A DNA stretch of 64,000 nt, taken from IMG/VR virus record IMGVR_UViG_3300023179_000085, positions 1-64,000 of that record; one strand, given 5' to 3'. The translations under genes and the position numbers were made by a program. Positions 31,290-39,408 of the stretch are shown piece after piece. Each line of letters starts with the position of its first letter. The first letter of the stretch is position 1. A model generated the notes under the pieces. The model had not been told where the DNA came from, made no database searches, and saw only the letters and a list, made by a program, of their open reading frames with translations. This stretch comes from a virus.

Positions 31290-33351
31290 AGCAGCCGGTG
31301 GTCAAACAATAAATTTTAGATTTGGTTTTATTTTTAATGGTTCTTATTTTGACCCAATTTCTGAATCTACCCCTGTTGATGTTTTGGCTTCAGTTGTTCG
31401 TGGAGAAACCGGTTCTGGGAATATTGTTCAGTCGACCGTCTCCATGCTGAATAGCAGTTACAAAATAGACAGCATTATTCTTCCGGGATCTGTTGTTGAT
31501 GGTTATGTAACTTTAACTTTTTCATTTGACGAAACTCAATACCTATCTATTGGTGATCAAGTTTATGTATATGGAGTCAGTTCTTCTTGTGATGGTGATT
31601 ATGAAGTTGTTTCCATAGTTGACGATAATACAATAACGGCAAAGAAAAAAGCATCTTCCATTCCAAGCGTAGGCTCTTTAAGTATATCCAGATTAACTTT
31701 AAAAAATTCCGCATTCTTTAAAAGAGTTTCTTCTTCGGAATACCAATTCACCTATACGATACCTGAAGAGCTGCATAGTGGAATATATACAGTTGTTATT
31801 CAAACAACATATGCCGGAAGAAATCAAGTAGTTGAACATTTTTTTGAAGCGATTAATAAAAGCTACACCAAAACTGGAAATATTATTTCTAAAAAACTAG
31901 AAAATAATATAGCGACAATTAAAACTGAAGAAAATCATTTTATAAATTCTGGAGAATTTGTTGTAATACAAGAAACTGATAATTTATTAAATGGCACATA
32001 CGAAGTTGTAGAAGTCCCATCTTCGGACACATTTCAGTTTAGACATGCAAGTACGCAAACAATAGCAGAGACATCTGTTTTTGGTAAATATTTAGTAAAA
32101 AATATAACTGGTACAAGCAACCAATTATCTGGTCCAACTACTGGATCTTCTGTTTCTTTTAGGCCGATATATAGCGATCTTGATGAGTCAAGCACGAACG
32201 CTATACTGCTTGTTGGCCACGCTGATGGAATAGAGTTAAATGAAATATATAGGGTTTCTTCAATACAAGAAGCAATAAATTTACTCGGAGCCGACATGCA
32301 GTCGCCTTTGCTGAGGGGCGTTTTTGATGCTTATAGTTGCGGAGCGCAAAGTATGTATGTATTAGCAGCTGCCCCTATGTCTGAGTATATAGAGGATATA
32401 TCCAAAAGGCTTACAGTAATGCCACATCTAGTGTCCTCAGTTAGTGGTGTTCCTGTAAATTTTTACCAAAAATATTATGAAAGACTTTCCGATTCTTATA
32501 ATGTAATTAAAGGATACGATTTAATGGATATTATTGTTCCGTTAGAAACTTCTATTGTTAATACTGGCTCCGTAAATTTCATTTCTCAGTTAGCACTGCA
32601 CTGCTATAACTTCCACGAAGCAACTGGCTATGTTCAGCTTGGTGTAATTGGTTCTAGATCTGGTGGAGTAAAGGAATCAGATATCGATATACTTGAAGCA
32701 AATCCTATTTTTCAAAATAAACTAACTACTTATTCTGTAGACGGTCAAATCGAATCGGATATTGGTAGATATATCATTCCAGTATACGGTGAGCTTAATT
32801 TTAGTCATTCTGGATTCAATAGGTCTTATAGTAGTTCTGCAGCTGCTGCATTTGCTGGTGCGATGTCGTCAACGCCAGTGTATATGGGAATGATCAGAAG
32901 GCGTTTACCTGGAGCTATGTCAGTTTTTGGTTCAGATCTTTCTCGTTCAGCTCACGCTAGATTGGATAATATGGGAATAAATGTTGTATATAGAACAAGA
33001 AAAGCCACAAGAGGTTATCCATACGAAGTTGCAGTTTCAAATGACTCTACAATGGCTAATCAATCAAGCACTTTATCAAAAGCACCACAAATGAGATTGG
33101 TTGCTATGGTGATAAATGAAATAAAAAATATATCTAATGATGGTGTTGGAAAAAACGCAGAAGAAAAAGTAAAAAATCAAGTAAAAAACATGTTAGAATT
33201 ACTTGTTTCTTCAAGGGTAATAAAAAGCTATTCAATGCAAGCCTACGCATCGAAGGTTGAAAGAGGATTCCTAATATTTGAATTAAATTTGGTATCTTCT
33301 CTTGGCTTAAAAAATATTAACTTTTCAGTAACAACGGGCCCAGGAGTATAG
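31282..33351 (+). CDS. tail sheath-like protein with N-terminal beta domains
   Basis: C-terminal half parallels the 34275 sheath (LDNMGINVV, MRLVAMVINEIK, NLVSSLGLKNINFSV). Confidence 0.6.
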   Translation: MLKAAGGQTINFRFGFIFNGSYFDPISESTPVDVLASVVRGETGSGNIVQSTVSMLNSSYKIDSIILPGSVVDGYVTLTFSFDETQYLSIGDQVYVYGVSSSCDGDYEVVSIVDDNTITAKKKASSIPSVGSLSISRLTLKNSAFFKRVSSSEYQFTYTIPEELHSGIYTVVIQTTYAGRNQVVEHFFEAINKSYTKTGNIISKKLENNIATIKTEENHFINSGEFVVIQETDNLLNGTYEVVEVPSSDTFQFRHASTQTIAETSVFGKYLVKNITGTSNQLSGPTTGSSVSFRPIYSDLDESSTNAILLVGHADGIELNEIYRVSSIQEAINLLGADMQSPLLRGVFDAYSCGAQSMYVLAAAPMSEYIEDISKRLTVMPHLVSSVSGVPVNFYQKYYERLSDSYNVIKGYDLMDIIVPLETSIVNTGSVNFISQLALHCYNFHEATGYVQLGVIGSRSGGVKESDIDILEANPIFQNKLTTYSVDGQIESDIGRYIIPVYGELNFSHSGFNRSYSSSAAAAFAGAMSSTPVYMGMIRRRLPGAMSVFGSDLSRSAHARLDNMGINVVYRTRKATRGYPYEVAVSNDSTMANQSSTLSKAPQMRLVAMVINEIKNISNDGVGKNAEEKVKNQVKNMLELLVSSRVIKSYSMQAYASKVERGFLIFELNLVSSLGLKNINFSVTTGPGV

Positions 33352-33352
33352 T

Positions 33353-34159
33353 ATGCAATCTTCTTTTCCTTTTCCAGGCAGAATTGATGATGATCTAAGC
33401 GCATTTTCAACTAGACAAAATCAAATGAATGATTTTGATAGAACTAAGGTAACTAAGCCCGAACAGTATCACAACACAGATGCTAGAAGAATGAAGGCTG
33501 ATGGTAATCTTAGCTATCTTGAGTTTATACAAGTTGTTAAACTTCTCTGGGAAAACTCTTACCCAGACATACCCGTTGTTGCAACTTTTGGTGGAACATT
33601 TGCACAGTACCCGTGCATAGCTTATGGCATTGAGCTTAAAAGAGCCCATAACCAAGAACCAAAAATGCGCTATAGAGATAAAGCATTGGGTGATGATGGA
33701 AAGTATTATATTATAGAAGGACAAAGATTTCAGAACGTTGTTTCATTTACTGTTATAGTCCAAGCAGATGCTGCCAAGCTGGAAGGCGATTCTTCAAGGT
33801 ATGCTGGCGCCGAAGTAGCAGATAGAATAATGGAAAGATTTGAAGATTTCATGTTGGAGTATACACCTATATTTAAAAAATTAGGAGCTTCAGAATTTGT
33901 ATACGCAAGAAGGGTATCTGATACGGAAACAAATATGGATCAAACAGATGTTATTAAAAGAACTGTTTTATACTTATTGACCACAGAAAAGCTGTCAGTT
34001 ACACCAGTAGATATAGTAGACAAGATTGCATTTGACGTAAGACAATATATAGCCTCTCAGCCAGCTACCCCGATTTATGATTATAACAGAACTGTATACA
34101 AAGACCATCACGAGACTAATATTGTGGACTTATTTCAATCCGCAACGCCAGATTGCTAA
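33353..34159 (+). CDS. putative tail terminator / completion protein
   Basis: Position immediately before the sheath; 268 aa. Confidence 0.5.
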   Translation: MQSSFPFPGRIDDDLSAFSTRQNQMNDFDRTKVTKPEQYHNTDARRMKADGNLSYLEFIQVVKLLWENSYPDIPVVATFGGTFAQYPCIAYGIELKRAHNQEPKMRYRDKALGDDGKYYIIEGQRFQNVVSFTVIVQADAAKLEGDSSRYAGAEVADRIMERFEDFMLEYTPIFKKLGASEFVYARRVSDTETNMDQTDVIKRTVLYLLTTEKLSVTPVDIVDKIAFDVRQYIASQPATPIYDYNRTVYKDHHETNIVDLFQSATPDC

Positions 34160-34222
34160 TATTTTAAATATATAATTTAAGTGTTCAGAAATAAAATGTA
34201 GTTGGTTTTTATAGGTTAATCA

Positions 34223-34230
34223 TTACTATA
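34223..34230 (+). promoter_or_regulatory. putative late-promoter motif TTACTATA
   Basis: Intergenic, upstream of the sheath gene; CATTACTAT context shared with 12942 and 18983. Confidence 0.6.
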
Positions 34231-34274
34231 TGTTCTGAGTTATAAAAGAGTCCATACTCGGAGGTCGAAAATCC

Positions 34275-35504
34275 ATGGCACTACCAGGCGTAAAAACAAT
34301 TATTAAAGATCGCTTTTACAGCATTTCTCGTCAAGACAGCCCAGTGGGCCCAAGAATCGTTGTAATCGCCAAAAGAGATACAGATGATGGCGAGGGTAAC
34401 GTAGCTGACCTAGACGTCGTTTTGTGCACAAATGAAGCCGATGTTATCACAGCATTCGGTGAAGATTCGCACTGCCACAGAGCTTATTTTGAGCTTGTTG
34501 CCGGTGGCGCAGAAAGAATCTACATGGTTCCACTCCCAAGTGACACCACATGGAACCACACAACTGGTAGCGTTACTAGCACAAGTTTCGGCGGTAGCGT
34601 TCTCGATGCAGCTTTTGCCGCAGCAGAAGCAGCACAGCCAGACATCATCGTTCCTTGGGGAAGAGGCGGAGCTTCAGAAGAGTGGGCATCAACACCATCT
34701 AGCCCAGACTTCGGATTCTACGCAAACAACAGTTCAACGGCAGCAAATAGCTGGGTCTATAAAATTTCAAATCTCGTAAAGTCGATTAACGAGAACTCGC
34801 ACCCATGCTTTGCGGTCCTTGGAGTTAAGCCATACACTGGATCAAATGAAGTAATGACGCCAGGACAAGTATCTACTCACCTTGCATTAGGCACACTCGC
34901 TGATCGCGATGGTGACGCAACCCTTAAGGAAATTGGTCGTCACTCAATGGTCGTTGCAGCAGAGCTTAAGCCTTCTGCTTATCCAGCAGAGTGGGGCTAT
35001 TCAAACGGAGCATGTGCAACAGCAGCAGCCCTTAGCAGAATGGCTTCTTATGTATCTACAATTAACAAGAACGTCTATAACGTAGCATCATTGAGATACA
35101 ACCCAACAAAGACCGCTCTTGCAGCTCTTTCGAATAAGGGTGTAAACTCAATTACACTTAACTTCAATAGAGCACCAATATTCTCAGACGGTATTACATT
35201 TGCAGGTTCTGCATCTGACTACACAAGATTAACAACTCTAAGAATTATCAACGAAGCTACTCTTGTTGTTCGTCAAAGCTGCCAGAAGTATATTGGTCAG
35301 CCTTCTACGATTCAAGTCAGAAACTCAATGGAAACATCCGTAACCTCAGCCCTAAGAGGCATGCAGATGTTGGGCGCTATACTTGATAGCGATTTCAATA
35401 TCAAGTACATTGCAGCTGAAAACAAGGCTTTGATTGACCTTGTGTTGACACCAGCATTTGAACTCAGAAATATTGATGTTCAAATCTCGGTTGACCTTGG
35501 CTAA
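34275..35504 (+). CDS. tail sheath protein
   Basis: MALPGV start, YTRLTTLRII, KYIGQP, LTPAFELRNIDVQISV C-terminus; GGAGG SD. Confidence 0.85.
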   Translation: MALPGVKTIIKDRFYSISRQDSPVGPRIVVIAKRDTDDGEGNVADLDVVLCTNEADVITAFGEDSHCHRAYFELVAGGAERIYMVPLPSDTTWNHTTGSVTSTSFGGSVLDAAFAAAEAAQPDIIVPWGRGGASEEWASTPSSPDFGFYANNSSTAANSWVYKISNLVKSINENSHPCFAVLGVKPYTGSNEVMTPGQVSTHLALGTLADRDGDATLKEIGRHSMVVAAELKPSAYPAEWGYSNGACATAAALSRMASYVSTINKNVYNVASLRYNPTKTALAALSNKGVNSITLNFNRAPIFSDGITFAGSASDYTRLTTLRIINEATLVVRQSCQKYIGQPSTIQVRNSMETSVTSALRGMQMLGAILDSDFNIKYIAAENKALIDLVLTPAFELRNIDVQISVDLG

Positions 35505-35563
35505 TCAAATAAATAAATAAAAAACACACACACTGCACTTTATAAGTACCGATTGGAGGGTAT

Positions 35564-36253
35564 ATGGCAGGCGAATACTATGATAGCCCAGTAAACAAGT
35601 ATCTTAACACATACACAACGTTTTCTGGTGCAGATATTGTTGCCACTTTTGGTGGCGTAGAAATTGGTGCACTTTCTGGAATTACTTTTTCAGTAACAAG
35701 AGAAAAGGCTCCAATTTACACAATGGGCTCACCCAACCCACGTTCTTTTTCAAGAGGTAAAAGAGGAATAGCTGGATCATTGATCTTTACAGTCTTTGAT
35801 CGCCCAGCTCTTTACCAGATGCTTGAAACACACCATAATACATCAACTGAGATGAAGTTCTTTACAAGAGCTCACAATACTCTTCCTGGCGATCCTTCGC
35901 ACAAGAGAGGAATTGCAGAGTTCACATCTCAAACAAGAGATGTTGTGACTAAGACGCCTTATTATGCAGACCAGATTCCGCCATTTGATATCACAATTAC
36001 ATTTGTGAACGAATACGGTCAGGCTGCAGTCCGTTCAATATATGGAGTTGAGCTTCTGAACGAAGGTTCAGGTGCATCAATGGATGACATCGTAATTGAA
36101 GAAACGATGACATATGTTGCTCGTGAAATAGGCCCAATGTACAGAATTACGACTGATCAAATCGACAGATTTAACCAAGATGATCTTGGTTCGCTGATTA
36201 GCAAAGATGCTGTTAGCGCTAGCGGATTGAACTCTGCAATTATCAGACCGTAA
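35564..36253 (+). CDS. tail tube protein
   Basis: Follows the sheath; FSGADIVATF, REKAPIYTMG, RGKRGIAGSLIF, IPPFDITITF; GGAGG SD; terminator-like hairpin after. Confidence 0.75.
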   Translation: MAGEYYDSPVNKYLNTYTTFSGADIVATFGGVEIGALSGITFSVTREKAPIYTMGSPNPRSFSRGKRGIAGSLIFTVFDRPALYQMLETHHNTSTEMKFFTRAHNTLPGDPSHKRGIAEFTSQTRDVVTKTPYYADQIPPFDITITFVNEYGQAAVRSIYGVELLNEGSGASMDDIVIEETMTYVAREIGPMYRITTDQIDRFNQDDLGSLISKDAVSASGLNSAIIRP

Positions 36254-36273
36254 TTTAAATACATTTTAAGCTG

Positions 36274-36325
36274 TTAGTCGGTGGTGGAGAAACGGGGAAG
36301 CTCTCTGCCGCCGACTAATACTTTT
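36274..36325 (+). terminator. long hairpin / terminator after tube gene
   Basis: TTAGTCGGTGGTGGAGA ... TCTCTGCCGCCGACTAA (17 bp including G-U pairs) followed by TACTTTT. Confidence 0.7.
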
Positions 36326-36338
36326 ATAAAGAGGAAAT

Positions 36339-37100
36339 ATGCCTTTTGAAAACGAAGAAACAAAAGATATTGCGAGTCTTACAACAATTTCCTCTAGAAA
36401 AAACAGAGTTGCTAACTACCAAGACTCAATAAAAGAATTTAGAAAAAACAACTTTCTTCCTGATCCGTTTTCGGACATGTCGTTTTCTGGTGCCGACATT
36501 CATGCAACGATGGTCATACCAAAAATTGGAGAAGATGGCTTTTTAACTAATCAAGGCGATGTATTAGAGCTTGCCGAACTCCAAACAATATCGTACTCAA
36601 TGCACAGGGAAAATTCTCCCGTAAGAACACTAGGTCATGTTAATCCAAGAGGGTTTGTTAAGGGCGCTAGAACAATTGCTGGAAGTATGATTTTTACTCA
36701 GTTTAATGAGTACGCATTCTATAGAATAGATGCATACAGGCAATTGTTAGCAGATACAAAGGGCTTTTACGCTCCGCTTGCTGACATGCTTCCGCCATTT
36801 GATGTTGTTTTTACAATGTTTAACGAATACGGTTTAGCTGCTAAAATGAAGATATTTGGAATCACAGTAGTTGACGAAGGTGCTACAATGTCAATTGACG
36901 ACTTAATCACTGAGCAAACATACACTTACATGGCAAGAGGAATACAGCCCCTATTACACTTGGATACAACAAACGATGATCTTAGGTACCCAGAAGGATA
37001 TCAAGCTCAAAAAGACGAGAGATTAAGAATAAGCACCAATGCCTTTGGCGACAGGGTTCAAGATTACAAAAATTTTATAGAAAAAATATATCAACCATAA
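36339..37100 (+). CDS. tube-like paralog 2
   Basis: FSGADIHAT, RENSPVRTLG, KGARTIAGSMIF, LPPFDVVFT parallel the tube protein. Confidence 0.7.
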   Translation: MPFENEETKDIASLTTISSRKNRVANYQDSIKEFRKNNFLPDPFSDMSFSGADIHATMVIPKIGEDGFLTNQGDVLELAELQTISYSMHRENSPVRTLGHVNPRGFVKGARTIAGSMIFTQFNEYAFYRIDAYRQLLADTKGFYAPLADMLPPFDVVFTMFNEYGLAAKMKIFGITVVDEGATMSIDDLITEQTYTYMARGIQPLLHLDTTNDDLRYPEGYQAQKDERLRISTNAFGDRVQDYKNFIEKIYQP

Positions 37101-37109
37101 AGGTAGTTT

Positions 37110-38138
37110 ATGACTGGAGTTTATAAAACAAATCCCTACAAGCCATTTACTGGTTATATTCCATATGAGGAAACTGTATCCAATAGACCAGGAATTAGGA
37201 ATCTGGATGGAACATTTGATCCGCTAACAGCAGATTTGGATTTATATTGGGCTGGAAGCTCTAAGGCCGATCCTAGATTTAGTAATTATTATGATTACTT
37301 TTTTTCTGGTGAAGACGTAAAAGTTTTCATTGACGGTTTATTTGACGAAGGTGATGAGCTAGATATAGCTGGTTTTGGATTTTTAATTAAACAAGAAAAG
37401 CAAGCCGTTTATGGTTTTTGGTCCTATAATTTTGATGCCATTATGAATGGTACAAGAATTATTACAGGGCAGTTTTCTGTTTATTCTAGATATCCAAGAA
37501 GAATGACCGAGCTTTTGGAAAAAGCCGCTGAGGCTAGAGTGCAATCTATTTCTGGCAAAAAAGATGGATCAGGAGTTGTTTCTGTCATGAGGTCACAAAA
37601 TGAATCTCGTAAAGATGAAGAAAATATACAAAAATATTGGGCTAATAGTCAACTTGATAGAATTACAACCGACCCAGCAATAACTGCGGGTTCTGCTGGT
37701 GGAACACATAATATCTTCAGTGCCCACCCGCCATTTAATTTTGTTATTATGTACGGTGTTGATGATACTAGTCTTTCTCCAATAACTGGCTCAAGCAATA
37801 AATCAACCGCAGCAGTGGAGCAAAGAGATAATTTAGACAGGTTGATATCAACAGATATTAATGAAAGAAAAATTAAATTATCTGGAGTAGGTAACGCAAT
37901 GAAAATTGTTTTACAAAACGTTCATTTAATGCAAATGTCAACAGAATACCAAAGTGGGGGCGCTCCACTTATAGAAACATATTCATTTGTAGCAAGAGAT
38001 TTTTATTTTACAGAAGCCGGAACTAATCTCGATCCATACACTGGGAATAAGACATTTGTTGCTCAAAATTCAAAATATTATGATAATACTATTAAAATTC
38101 AACCACCAAGGAATAGCAATATAGCTTATAAGTCATAG
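37110..38138 (+). CDS. tube-like paralog 3
   Basis: FSGEDVKVF, QEKQAVYG, GTRIITGQF, HPPFNFVI, YSFVARD. Confidence 0.6.
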   Translation: MTGVYKTNPYKPFTGYIPYEETVSNRPGIRNLDGTFDPLTADLDLYWAGSSKADPRFSNYYDYFFSGEDVKVFIDGLFDEGDELDIAGFGFLIKQEKQAVYGFWSYNFDAIMNGTRIITGQFSVYSRYPRRMTELLEKAAEARVQSISGKKDGSGVVSVMRSQNESRKDEENIQKYWANSQLDRITTDPAITAGSAGGTHNIFSAHPPFNFVIMYGVDDTSLSPITGSSNKSTAAVEQRDNLDRLISTDINERKIKLSGVGNAMKIVLQNVHLMQMSTEYQSGGAPLIETYSFVARDFYFTEAGTNLDPYTGNKTFVAQNSKYYDNTIKIQPPRNSNIAYKS

Positions 38139-38195
38139 AATACTTGTGCTATAATATATGTGATTTAAATCAAAACCCCCAAGGAGATAATAAAA

Positions 38196-38762
38196 ATGTC
38201 AGATGTTAAAAAAATTGTAGTGAGAAGAGACCAAAATCTAGCAAAAGATTTAGAAGCAGATACCGTTGATCTCATCATGGAAACAAACGAAGAGCAGGAT
38301 TCGGATCTTATGGTAACCAATTATGAAGATCCAGAACCGACACCAGCTGAAGGCGAGAAGTTATCTGATCCTTCTCAGGCAACAACTGTAGAAGATTTGG
38401 CTGATGACGTAGCAATTTTTGAAAATGGACCAACTGCAGGTCAGGTTAAGCAGTGGAAAAAGCAGTATGGAGAAGTGTATATAACTTCGATATCCTTTGA
38501 TAAGCATATAGTCTGGAGAGTCCTTTCCAGAATAGAATATAAGCAACTTGTAAAGAAAATGGAATCACTGATGCAAGCAGGCCAAATAAGTACGGCTGAA
38601 GCAAATATGTGGAACGAAGAAGCCATCGCAGAACTGTGCATCCTGTATCCAGCTTACAATAAAGCAGCGCTTACCTCCGACATGGCCGGTCTTCCTTCTT
38701 TGATTTCGCAAGAAGTTCTAGAGGCATCTGGATTCGTAGCGCTAGAGGTTCGTCAGCTATAA
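38196..38762 (+). CDS. putative tail assembly chaperone A
   Basis: Between tubes and tape measure; WKKQYGEVY...IVWRVLSRIEY...CILYP...AGLPSLISQEVLEASGF; TGCTATAAT at 38147. Confidence 0.6.
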   Translation: MSDVKKIVVRRDQNLAKDLEADTVDLIMETNEEQDSDLMVTNYEDPEPTPAEGEKLSDPSQATTVEDLADDVAIFENGPTAGQVKQWKKQYGEVYITSISFDKHIVWRVLSRIEYKQLVKKMESLMQAGQISTAEANMWNEEAIAELCILYPAYNKAALTSDMAGLPSLISQEVLEASGFVALEVRQL

Positions 38763-38763
38763 A

Positions 38764-39397
38764 ATGCTGGAAGAGTCAATTCTTAAGGAGCTTAAGCAAA
38801 AGTATTCCATTGTATTTAGCGTTCAGCTAAAGCGGAAAAACTATTGTATTTAAAGAGTTAACTTTTTCCGAATTTGATAAAATTGGCGCCCTTAAAGATA
38901 ATGGCGTATTTTCTTCTGCAGACGCTGAAGAAGAAATAGTAAAATATGCAGTAGTATATCCTAATGATTTTGATATTAATTCAATATCTCCTGGAGCCGT
39001 CAGTTCTTTGGCTGACCAAATAATAGAATTTTCTGGCTTTTCATCTCCTAAAAGAACAAAACAGATTCTAGACGAAAAAAGAAAGCAAGCTTCTCAAGTA
39101 AGAGGCTTAATGAAAGCGTTTGTTTTAGCTACTATATCTAGTGATACTCCAGAATTCTTGGACTCTTTAACGTATTCTCAGCTGGCTTCCAGAGTCGCAT
39201 TAGCTGAAAAAATAATAGAGGTCCAGCAGGCAATGAGGGCAATAGAACCGACAAATGTAACTCTTCAAATAATAGATCCAGAGGAAGAATCAAATAAAGA
39301 AAAAGTTTCCGCAGCAAGACATGACGCCTCTAAGAGTGAAGGCGCAGCTGGATATAACGATCCTATTGCTCAGAAATTGTGGGGAATGAGACAGTAA
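38764..39397 (+). CDS. putative tail assembly chaperone B; +1 shift at CGG 38833 (about 210 aa joined)
   Basis: Joined sequence LKQKYSIVFSVQLK-G-KTIVFKELTFSEF...AVVYP...PGAVSSLADQIIEFSGF is colinear with chaperone A. Confidence 0.7.
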
Positions 39398-39408
39398 AGA
39401 GGTAGACC

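Noticed and set aside
38196-39397. Classical lambda G/GT -1 slippery frameshift in the tail chaperones
   Set aside because: The two genes are separate paralogs with their own starts. The break in the second is +1 at CGG like the other 16 sites.
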